Source of the DNA: a virus
Length of the DNA: 64,000 nt
Virus record (IMG/VR): IMGVR_UViG_3300028361_000023
Coordinates: 1 to 64,000 of that record
Strand: one strand, 5' to 3'
Shown here: positions 39,932 through 47,741 of the stretch, piece after piece
How the letters are laid out: every line of letters begins with the position of its first letter
Numbering within the stretch: the stretch's first letter is position 1
Made by a program: the position numbers and the translations under genes
The notes under the pieces: model-generated
Database searches by the model: none
What the model was told of the DNA's origin: nothing
Seen by the model: only the letters and a program-made list of their open reading frames with translations

Positions 39932-41266
39932 TTAAATTAATATATAAGCAGTTTCAGATGCTCTACTTAAAGCAACATATAATAATCTTTTCATTTCAAG
40001 ATTATTAGGATTTCTAACTAAATTTTTGTAATTTACAATTACAGAAGTATATGTACTTCCTTGTGATTTGTGTGTAGTACAAGAATAACCAAAAGTAAAG
40101 TTTTTCTTTTCTATAACAGTACCTCTATTAGTTTTTAAATCAAAAGCTAAAACAAACTTTAATCTAAATCTATAATACTTACTCCAACCTTTTCCACCAC
40201 CAGTACGTTTGGCGATTTCTTGTTGAGCATAACACATCTCAGTAATAACATCTTTACTAGGACTACCAACACAAAATAACTCTGTTATGTCGTTTCCATT
40301 TCTAATTTTTAATGTTTTACCTGTTAGTTTAATTCTTTCAACTATTTTAGTACTAGGAGTAATGCTAAGTATAACATAATCTTTACTATTAACAAGTAAA
40401 GGTTCATTTTTACCTTCTCTTAACGTTTGAGTAGCTGTAATTATTTGTTTTTCGTGTAGCCTTAAACTGCCAAATACTTTTTCAACTATTTTATTATTCC
40501 AAGCAGTTACAGCATTGTTAGACCAATTAAGACATTTACAATCTATATTATGTGAGATTAAAAATACTACTTTTTCTAAAATTTTTGCTCCTTCATTATA
40601 AATAATATAACCTTTATTGTTGTATAATACTTCAGTAGGTTCTTTAATTAGTTCTAAATAATTATTAGTATCGTTAATAACGTCTTTTCTTAAAACAGAT
40701 AATAGTTGAATAAGAGGATTATCTTTTTCTTGTCTAACTATTTCAGTAAGAGTTATAACATCTACATCTGTATTACTAAATACATAAGATATTTCCTCAT
40801 TAACAGGATTAACTTGAACTTCATCACCTATAAATAAAACTTTAATGTAATTTCTATAACATATAGCTTTAAGCGTTTCATATAATTCTTCATTAATCTG
40901 AGAAGCTTCATCTATAATTACAAAACTATAGTCTTCTATTATTTGTTTATTAACAACATGAAATATCGGATTTAAAGGGTCAAATTCAGATATATCTAAA
41001 TTAATACCAATACCTAAAAGTTGATGTAATGTATAAGCATCAAGAGGACAGTTTTTACCTATAACTTCTTTAGCTTTATGAGTAGGAGCCGCAACACAAC
41101 AATTATTAGGGTTAAGTTTTAATACTTTTATTAAATGTTGAGCTAACCAAGTTTTACCAGTACCAGCAGGACCGTTCAAAGTAGTGAAATAACTATTACT
41201 ATTATACCAATTGTTTAACCTAATTAAAGCTTCGTTTTGGTCGTTAGTTAATATTACTTCATTCAT
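39932..41266 (-). CDS. Dda/RecD-like SF1B helicase
   Basis: GPAGTGKT, AAPTHKA, IIDEASQ, IGDEVQ, LTEIVRQ, TTHKSQGSTY, LYVALSRA. Confidence 0.92.
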   Translation of the reverse strand: MNEVILTNDQNEALIRLNNWYNSNSYFTTLNGPAGTGKTWLAQHLIKVLKLNPNNCCVAAPTHKAKEVIGKNCPLDAYTLHQLLGIGINLDISEFDPLNPIFHVVNKQIIEDYSFVIIDEASQINEELYETLKAICYRNYIKVLFIGDEVQVNPVNEEISYVFSNTDVDVITLTEIVRQEKDNPLIQLLSVLRKDVINDTNNYLELIKEPTEVLYNNKGYIIYNEGAKILEKVVFLISHNIDCKCLNWSNNAVTAWNNKIVEKVFGSLRLHEKQIITATQTLREGKNEPLLVNSKDYVILSITPSTKIVERIKLTGKTLKIRNGNDITELFCVGSPSKDVITEMCYAQQEIAKRTGGGKGWSKYYRFRLKFVLAFDLKTNRGTVIEKKNFTFGYSCTTHKSQGSTYTSVIVNYKNLVRNPNNLEMKRLLYVALSRASETAYILI

Positions 41267-41471
41267 TTGTTCTTTTATAATTTGCTAATCTTTTACGAAA
41301 ACCTATCAAAGTAGTTTCACTCATATTTGTAGGTAATTTTGGATAATATTGATCGTGTATTTTATTTGTTTTATGTATTTCAATTTCTTTATTACTCATA
41401 AGTTCAACTTTTTTAACGTTAGTTGTTGTTTTATTTTGATTAATTCCTTCTGTTATTTCTAATTTTTTCAT
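41259..41471 (-). CDS. Hypothetical protein
   Basis: Small ORF overlapping the helicase start. Confidence 0.55.
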   Translation of the reverse strand: MKKLEITEGINQNKTTTNVKKVELMSNKEIEIHKTNKIHDQYYPKLPTNMSETTLIGFRKRLANYKRTNE

Positions 41472-41488
41472 ATTATTATTGTTATTAA

Positions 41489-41782
41489 TTAAGCTACAGA
41501 TAAAGTAAAACCAGGAATAGTTTCTTCTTTAAAAGGTATAGGTGTAAATGTAGGTATACTAATTACTTGAACGTTAAGTTTAGCTAAAGCTTCAATAATT
41601 AATTCAGGATTTTCTATTCCTACAATTATTACACTTTTTTTGTTAGTTACTACATTTTTTATAGCTTCTATTTGTTTAGTTCTTTTATTGATACTTTTAC
41701 AGTTACCAATAGACCATCTCATTGTTGGTTGTTTTTTTAATCTATTCATTTTTAGTTGTTTGTTAAATTTATAATACCTCAA
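41489..41782 (-). CDS. Hypothetical protein (probable start MNRLKK, ~41749)
   Basis: ORF track. Confidence 0.55.
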   Translation of the reverse strand: MRYYKFNKQLKMNRLKKQPTMRWSIGNCKSINKRTKQIEAIKNVVTNKKSVIIVGIENPELIIEALAKLNVQVISIPTFTPIPFKEETIPGFTLSVA

Positions 41783-42098
41783 TAAAGAGGTCGCACAATA
41801 TGAAGTTGAGTAGTAATTAATAACTCTACGTTGTTAGTTATTATTTATACATCTTCATTAGGACTAATACTTTCATATTAGAACGCAAAATAGTAATTAT
41901 TACGAATTACCTTACTATAATGCTGCCAGATTAATCAATAGTTCTCCAACTATATCATAAAATTTATAATTACCTATACGGTATTAATAATGTAACTTGC
42001 CTTATTACAAACTATTTAAGATTTTTTCCTCTCTAGTAGTTTTCCTCTCTTATCAACTTGGTAAAGGTTAATATTGAGTCAATCAAAGAACATAATTC

Positions 42099-42578
42099 TT
42101 ATTCTTCTTGTTCGTCTTTAGTCGCTGCTTCTGTAATACTACTATCAGAAGGTGTATCTACAGCAGTTTTCCAATTAATAAGATCATATTCAATATTATT
42201 TTGATCTAAAATAGATTTTAAATAATTTATATCATCTACTCTTTCAGCGTATTCAGACGTTAAAACATCATAATCCATACATTTATTAAGGATTTCTGTT
42301 TTACGATTTTTAATTTCTATTATATGATTTTCATTACGTAACTTTAAAAGACGTATTTTATCTTCTAAATCGTGTCTAATATTGATATTGTGTTTAAAAT
42401 CAGCTTTAAGTCTATTATGATTCATAAGTAATAAAGCTACAAAAGCTCTACTACCTCCTTTAATTCTGTTCAAAGCCGCACTAGTAATTTCGACATTACC
42501 TACTAACACTGAAGGAACGTTAATTACTTTACCTTTGTAAATAAATTTTATTTTTTGTTTTTGTTTTTTATTTTTCAT
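42099..42578 (-). CDS. Hypothetical coiled-coil protein
   Basis: 159 aa, A-rich leader. Confidence 0.65.
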   Translation of the reverse strand: MKNKKQKQKIKFIYKGKVINVPSVLVGNVEITSAALNRIKGGSRAFVALLLMNHNRLKADFKHNINIRHDLEDKIRLLKLRNENHIIEIKNRKTEILNKCMDYDVLTSEYAERVDDINYLKSILDQNNIEYDLINWKTAVDTPSDSSITEAATKDEQEE

Positions 42579-42739
42579 TTGTTTTTGTTTGTTAATAAAG
42601 AAGCTCTCCTACTTCTACTTGATGATAAGTAGTTCGGAGAGCATCAATAACTTAATATTAGTACTTCTACTTTTACTACAAGTGTCCTTATTCTGTAATC
42701 TTCTAGTAATATTAAGATTAGTATTTTAATTAATTTGTA

Positions 42740-42964
42740 TTAATTATTTTGTTCATTTCTACCGTCTACAAAACCTCTATTATAACCGTCAGAATAACTA
42801 TCATCATCTTCTTGCATATTAGGTAATGGTGCATAAGGAGCATAAGGAGCTATACAATTTTCTATTTGATAACAATAACCTTCTTCCCAACCATCTTCAT
42901 ATCCTCTTTCAAAATCTGTTGTCATACTTACCATAGTAAGCATTAATATTATTAATAATTTCAT
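42740..42964 (-). CDS. Small acidic protein with signal peptide and GY/GW repeats
   Basis: MKLLIILMLTMVS; GYEDGWEEGY, SDGYNRGFVDG, APYAPYAP. Confidence 0.65.
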   Translation of the reverse strand: MKLLIILMLTMVSMTTDFERGYEDGWEEGYCYQIENCIAPYAPYAPLPNMQEDDDSYSDGYNRGFVDGRNEQNN

Positions 42965-42987
42965 TTTATTTATTTTATTTTATTTAT

Positions 42988-43098
42988 TTATCTTAATTCA
43001 GGTGGATAATTATCACTATCATCAAACATCCAATATATTATTACACCAATTACTATTAGTGTTAATGTTATTTTTATTATTTTTATTATTAACACCAT
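42988..43098 (-). CDS. 36-aa membrane peptide not in the ORF track (MVLIIKIIKITLTLIVIGVIIYWMFDDSDNYPPELR)
   Basis: Open frame overlapping the upstream stop; one TM helix plus acidic tail. Confidence 0.5.
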   Translation of the reverse strand: MVLIIKIIKITLTLIVIGVIIYWMFDDSDNYPPELR

Positions 43099-43226
43099 CT
43101 TTTATTACAGTCAAAACATTGAAAACAATTAAAAGATTTAATTAAATCCATAAACTGATTGCAACAAGGTGATTTTGGTTTGTTTTTAAGTTTGTTTATC
43201 ATTTTGTTTATTATTTTCTTTATCAT
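43089..43226 (-). CDS. 45-aa Cys-rich (zinc-ribbon-like) protein not in the ORF track
   Basis: MIKKIINKMINKLKNKPKSPCCNQFMDLIKSFNCFQCFDCNKRWC; A-rich leader. Confidence 0.6.
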   Translation of the reverse strand: MIKKIINKMINKLKNKPKSPCCNQFMDLIKSFNCFQCFDCNKRWC

Positions 43227-43366
43227 AATTTTTTTAAATTAAAATACAACAGGTTTCGATGATTTTTGTGCTACCTCTACATTGGTAGTTCCTGTTGTAT
43301 TATATTATAAATTGTCTTTAATCCATTCTATAATAGAACAGATGTTTGTTTATAAATTTGATTGTT

Positions 43367-43573
43367 TCATAAAAGTAAATATATAATTGTTAAATAAAGT
43401 AATATTATACTAATAGTTACATATAATATTCTATTAGGTACAATATCTTCTGTTTTTTTATCTATATAATTAACTATATATATAGCAGGTACAAAAATAA
43501 CTGCTAAACTTACTATAAGAAATATAATAATAAGTATTATAAGTCCTATACATTCTTTTGGTGTTGATATCAT
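43367..43573 (-). CDS. Small two-TM membrane protein
   Basis: Two hydrophobic stretches. Confidence 0.6.
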   Translation of the reverse strand: MISTPKECIGLIILIIIFLIVSLAVIFVPAIYIVNYIDKKTEDIVPNRILYVTISIILLYLTIIYLLL

Positions 43574-43596
43574 AATTTTATTTTTAATGTTAAATG

Positions 43597-43914
43597 TTAA
43601 TTTTTTATTACTATTGATTCAATTATTGGTATTACAGTAGAATAATCTCTAACCCCATTATAATAAGAATCATCATTTGCATCTATTAATTGAACAAGAC
43701 GTATATTATAATATAACTCATCATAAACATCACAAGTATCTTGTTGTAATGTTTCATTTCCCTCTTTTGTAATGGTTTGACCTAAAACTTCTGCTAATAC
43801 TCCTAAACAACAATGAGAATTATCTTTTTTAAGTCGTCCATTTGTTTGAGTATAATTACCACTTTTTAAAGCTTCTAACCATTTATCTTTTATTTCTTGT
43901 GTTATTTTATTCAT
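43597..43914 (-). CDS. Conserved phage hypothetical (KWLEALKSGNY.Q..G.L...CCLGVL family)
   Basis: Recognisable recurrent phage motif W..AL.SG.Y.Q...L....CCLGV. Confidence 0.75.
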   Translation of the reverse strand: MNKITQEIKDKWLEALKSGNYTQTNGRLKKDNSHCCLGVLAEVLGQTITKEGNETLQQDTCDVYDELYYNIRLVQLIDANDDSYYNGVRDYSTVIPIIESIVIKN

Positions 43915-44200
43915 TAAGCTTATAATTTTTTAATTTAATTCTATGTGCTTTACATTTATCAGGTCTTTTAGTAACACCTGTTATGTATTCTTCTATTCCA
44001 TTATAAGAATATTCTAAATCTAAAGCTTTACCTTTACCATCAGTTATTTCCTCTATAATAAGTTCTTCTTTGTATAACACAGTTATTACATTAAGAAAAT
44101 AAGTTATATCACCTAAAATAACAACAGCTTCTACTCCAGATTTTAAGTGATTTATAACTTCATTAGCTGTTGCTGTAATTTTACTTTTATTTCTTTTCAT
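43907..44200 (-). CDS. Hypothetical protein
   Basis: ORF track. Confidence 0.6.
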   Translation of the reverse strand: MKRNKSKITATANEVINHLKSGVEAVVILGDITYFLNVITVLYKEELIIEEITDGKGKALDLEYSYNGIEEYITGVTKRPDKCKAHRIKLKNYKLNE

Positions 44201-44339
44201 AATTACCTATTCCATTTATTTATTGTTTAAGTTTTGTAAGTGCTAATATATACTAATTCCATACATATTAATAATTATTGTTGAAAAAAGTTTATTTATT
44301 ATTTCCAGATGTTCTGAGTTAAGAATGTTGTTATTATTA

Positions 44340-44900
44340 AAGTGATTGTTTTGGTTAGCTGGGTGAGTTGATAAATTATTATTGGGTTGAAGTTATATAT
44401 TAGTAGTGGAATGATGTTTTGGGTTATAATTGAGAGGTTGTTTTATATGTGGTAGTATAAGTCTACGCTAATAACTGCTATCACTATTAAATCTATCACC
44501 ACCAAAATCATTATTAAAATTAATTAACACTTATCCACAACTAATTAACATCACTATCAATTACCATTTATTTATTGTAACTTCGATCTATAGATGCGAA
44601 AGCAACTAAATAATCATTATTAATAATTGTATTAAAGGAATATAATATATTTTTTTTAAGAGGAAAAAAAGAAAACAAAAATTAAAAATTTTCTTATTTC
44701 TTTTTTTAAATTTTTTTATTAATTATTATTATTATCTCCAAAATCAATATTTTATTTATCTGATTAATTAATAACTAAATAACTATGTTTGAATCTATTA
44801 TTGGAAATTTACAAATAATATCTCTAAAATCATTTTATTTATTATTATTATCTTCAAAATTATTATAACTCATTCCCTTTCCTCTCCCCTCTCCCCCCAA
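44340..44900. other. Candidate replication origin region
   Basis: Non-coding; abrupt G-rich to C-rich switch at ~44465; perfect DnaA-box TTATCCACA at 44531-44539; long A/T tracts; polypyrimidine tract 44873-44898. Confidence 0.45.
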
Positions 44901-44906
44901 ATAAAA

Positions 44907-45284
44907 TTAATCTTCTTTTTCTAAATTATCATTGATAGAAATACCAAGTTGATTTCCAATTTCAAGAGATTCAACAATTTCTGATGATTTTACGAAATTT
45001 TCAAATAAAATTAATGTTCTATTAGTTCCAACACTATTAACAGTAATTAATTCTTTTATTTGAAAATTTGTTTTTTTTATTTTTATAATATCAAGTTCAA
45101 TATTTATTCTAGCTTCAACTTCAGTATTGAATAATGTAATATTAAAGGGAATTAATACATTATTACCTTTAAAAGAAGGTGTAGATATTATAATACCATT
45201 AAATTTATCAATAGTATGAGTGTTTTTTAAGTTAGTGAAACCTCTAATGGTTACAAAACTATAAGTTGTAAATTTATTTATCAT
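44907..45284 (-). CDS. Hypothetical early protein
   Basis: 125 aa, downstream of the 21-bp promoter-like repeat. Confidence 0.6.
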   Translation of the reverse strand: MINKFTTYSFVTIRGFTNLKNTHTIDKFNGIIISTPSFKGNNVLIPFNITLFNTEVEARINIELDIIKIKKTNFQIKELITVNSVGTNRTLILFENFVKSSEIVESLEIGNQLGISINDNLEKED

Positions 45285-45324
45285 TTTTTATGTTTATGTT
45301 TATTATTATGTTTATTATTATTTT

Positions 45325-45362
45325 GATGTTTTGGGTTTAAACCGATGTTTTGGGGTTAAACC
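45325..45362 (+). repeat. Tandem 19-bp repeat GATGTTTTGGG(T/G)TTAAACC x2 (partial third copy at 44413-44425)
   Basis: Read directly; one mismatch between units. Confidence 0.85.
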
Positions 45363-45408
45363 GAATAACCACAACAATCAGACTCGAATTTAACGAGTAC
45401 CTGTGTCG

Positions 45409-45429
45409 CAAAAACAAGTAGATGTAGTA
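45409..45429 (-). promoter_or_regulatory. 21-bp direct repeat, candidate early/vRNAP promoter (TACTACATCTACTTGTTTTTG)
   Basis: Identical to 46205-46225; intergenic, upstream of a - strand gene and just downstream of a terminator. Confidence 0.65.
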
Positions 45430-45496
45430 TTATCGGTAATATAGGGAAGAAAAGAAGATAAATTTAAAAACAATTTTAGAAAAGTATATTAGAAAC

Positions 45497-45531
45497 AAAA
45501 AATGCAAGCATATCCGAAGATACACTTGCAT
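45497..45531 (-). terminator. Intrinsic terminator with cUUCGg tetraloop
   Basis: Minus strand ATGCAAGTGTATC-TTCG-GATATGCTTGCAT-TTTTT. Confidence 0.85.
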
Positions 45532-45541
45532 ATTAATTGGA

Positions 45542-46153
45542 TTACATACCCATAGCTGCTTCCATTTCAGCTTCAATAGACATTGCAGGAGTTGCAGAGT
45601 GACTAGAAGCTACCATAGTTTTAACAGCATTTTGATTAGCTGCAAGAGTAGTTAAACTCCAAGCTGGTAAACCTATTTCGTAATAAGTTTTTTCACCACT
45701 ATTAAGGTTCTTACGAAATGAAGCAGTTTTATAGATAAATATATCACCTATTTGAGCTTTATCTCCGGCTTTTACAGTAATAATTTTACCGTCACGTGTA
45801 AGTTCAGTATCACGAGAAGCACCTTCAGTAACAAGAGTACTATTAGTGTCTAAAACTAGCTTATGACCGGCTTTATAATCTACGAAATCAGCTGTAAGAG
45901 TACAACCTTTAAGAGCAGCAGTAATTATACCACTAGCATCAGTAGTTTTAGTACCAAGTTGAGAAGCAAACTCTCTTTTAAGAGCATTTGCTTCAGAAGC
46001 TCTTAAATTAATTGATTTATCGTTACTAAGTCTAACGATAGAAAATTCTCCATTACTGGCATCCTTGATGTCAGTAATTGTAAACGTTTGTTTGTTCATA
46101 ATGTTTAAATGTTTAAAAGTTGAGTTGTTGAGAAAAATAATATACTTTAACAT
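45542..46153 (-). CDS. Hypothetical early protein (probable start MNKQTF, ~46099)
   Basis: Single gene between a promoter-like repeat and a strong terminator. Confidence 0.75.
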   Translation of the reverse strand: MLKYIIFLNNSTFKHLNIMNKQTFTITDIKDASNGEFSIVRLSNDKSINLRASEANALKREFASQLGTKTTDASGIITAALKGCTLTADFVDYKAGHKLVLDTNSTLVTEGASRDTELTRDGKIITVKAGDKAQIGDIFIYKTASFRKNLNSGEKTYYEIGLPAWSLTTLAANQNAVKTMVASSHSATPAMSIEAEMEAAMGM

Positions 46154-46204
46154 TTCAGCTAAAAAGTTCGTTAATTATAAAATCAATTATATTAAGGAGT
46201 ATAT

Positions 46205-46225
46205 CAAAAACAAGTAGATGTAGTA
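46205..46225 (-). promoter_or_regulatory. 21-bp direct repeat copy 2, candidate early/vRNAP promoter
   Basis: Identical to 45409-45429. Confidence 0.65.
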
Positions 46226-46252
46226 ATCTCTGATTATGTTGTAATAGTGTAG

Positions 46253-46573
46253 TTAACCTACACTATTATCAAGATTATTAAAAGCTTTAGCTATGATATT
46301 ATTCATAGCTTGTTTCCTTTTCTTTTGCTCATCTATCTCTTCACGTACTGTACGTATAGTAACTACATCTACAGTAGTAGTATCATACTCCTTAGTACTA
46401 AGATAAATAAGTTTCAATGCTACAATAGTAAGCACAACACTAACAATTGTCATTGTCATAATAATACTAGCACTAGTATTAGTAACAAGTATAAGAAATA
46501 CAATAGCATACCAAGAGAGACATACTAATGTTGTTGTAATGATACGTAGTGTATCCATAAATTTATTTGTCAT
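46253..46573 (-). CDS. Two-TM membrane protein
   Basis: Two N-terminal hydrophobic helices and a charged tail. Confidence 0.65.
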   Translation of the reverse strand: MTNKFMDTLRIITTTLVCLSWYAIVFLILVTNTSASIIMTMTIVSVVLTIVALKLIYLSTKEYDTTTVDVVTIRTVREEIDEQKKRKQAMNNIIAKAFNNLDNSVG

Positions 46574-46782
46574 AATTTTCTAATTAAGTTTTAAGTTAAA
46601 TGTTTATTGAAATGTACGGGGGTATGTTCATTTCAAAATTAAGTAGCGGGGGTATCATCTAGGTGGGTTACACGTTAGACAAAAACATCTTCTTTAAAAA
46701 TAATAAAATAATAAAAAATTTACAAATCACGAATCATAAAACATAATCATCCCAATCTTTTTAATTATCTTCATAAGCATCC

Positions 46783-46814
46783 AAAAAATCCCCACCAAAT
46801 TAATGATGAGGATT
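46783..46814 (-). terminator. Intrinsic terminator
   Basis: Minus strand ATCCTCATCA-ttaatt-TGGTGGGGAT-TTTTT. Confidence 0.7.
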
Positions 46815-47184
46815 AACGGTAGCGAAACCATCAGCGTCCGTAACAGACAACTATTTTACAACCCAATTACCAATCTTTATCTTATAATCAATAATAGGAA
46901 TATCTTTAAACTCTAACAAACAATATAAAGTAATCATAGCTTTAAATACAAGTAATAAAACATCATTACTAATACGCTAGTAGTTACTATATAAAAATAT
47001 AAAAACAAAACTTTATTAGTTTTTTCAGCTCTTTCTATATAAGCTTTATATAAATAATAACTTCTAGCAAATAAGCTTACTATTAATATAATATCGTACA
47101 TAATTTAGTTATTATAAAAACTACAAATACTATAACTAATAACACTAAAACAAATATATCTTCAGTTGAATATTTATTGTTCAT

Positions 47185-47436
47185 TTATCTATAACTAATT
47201 AATATTCTATACCACTTAACAAACCAATTATGTCTAACAGCAGGTAAACCTTTTGCCATATTACGTAAAGTATTATTATCAATTAATGCAGCAGTAAGTT
47301 TTCCTTTCACATAATATTTAATTTCAATTAAAGGATTAGAAATAAGACCTTCATATTCATCAATAGACACTATTCTTACTAGGAGAATCTCACTGTTAGT
47401 ATTTATTTTAATATTTATAAATTTATTCTTTTTCAT
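47185..47436 (-). CDS. Hypothetical protein
   Basis: ORF track. Confidence 0.55.
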   Translation of the reverse strand: MKKNKFINIKINTNSEILLVRIVSIDEYEGLISNPLIEIKYYVKGKLTAALIDNNTLRNMAKGLPAVRHNWFVKWYRILISYR

Positions 47437-47453
47437 ATTATGTTAATTTTTAT

Positions 47454-47639
47454 TTAAACAGTTTGTATTGTATTAATTACATCCTCTTCTTTGATACAAT
47501 GATTTTCACCTCTTATAGTATCTACTCCGTAATGACCTTTCATTGTTTTATAAATAATACCAACTTTAATAGTGCCTTTAATACCATTAATATTATCTAT
47601 TGCAATAAAAGATATTCTAGTTCCTATTTTGTGTTTCAT
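47454..47639 (-). CDS. Small beta-rich hypothetical protein (SH3/KOW-like pattern)
   Basis: K.KIG.R(I/V), G.I, YGVD, C.KEEDV; starts 7 bp from the paired 18-bp motif. Confidence 0.6.
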   Translation of the reverse strand: MKHKIGTRISFIAIDNINGIKGTIKVGIIYKTMKGHYGVDTIRGENHCIKEEDVINTIQTV

Positions 47640-47645
47640 AAAAAA

Positions 47646-47692
47646 TGTTCTTCTTATAGGCAGATTTAATAGGTCTGCCTATAGAAAGAATA
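47646..47692. repeat. Inverted pair of the 18-bp motif (copy 9 on -, 47646-47663; copy 10 on +, 47675-47692)
   Basis: TGTTCTTCTTATAGGCAG-11 bp-CTGCCTATAGAAAGAATA, intergenic. Confidence 0.9.
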
Positions 47693-47741
47693 CTTTTAAA
47701 GCATCACAAACAATAGTAATGCTTTATTGACATAAACAAAC

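Noticed and set aside
43001-43009. Second DnaA-like box (TTATCCACC on the - strand)
   Set aside because: One mismatch, isolated, and inside the probable 36-aa ORF
45409-46225. 21-bp direct repeats as a CRISPR array or att sites
   Set aside because: Only two exact copies ~800 bp apart with a whole gene between them; no cas or integrase gene recognised
46815-46850. Hammerhead ribozyme (CTGATG and GAAAC seen nearby)
   Set aside because: The core elements are on opposite strands and CUGANGA is incomplete
41783-47184. tRNA genes in the non-coding gaps
   Set aside because: No cloverleaf with a TTC loop found by eye; tRNAscan-SE would settle it
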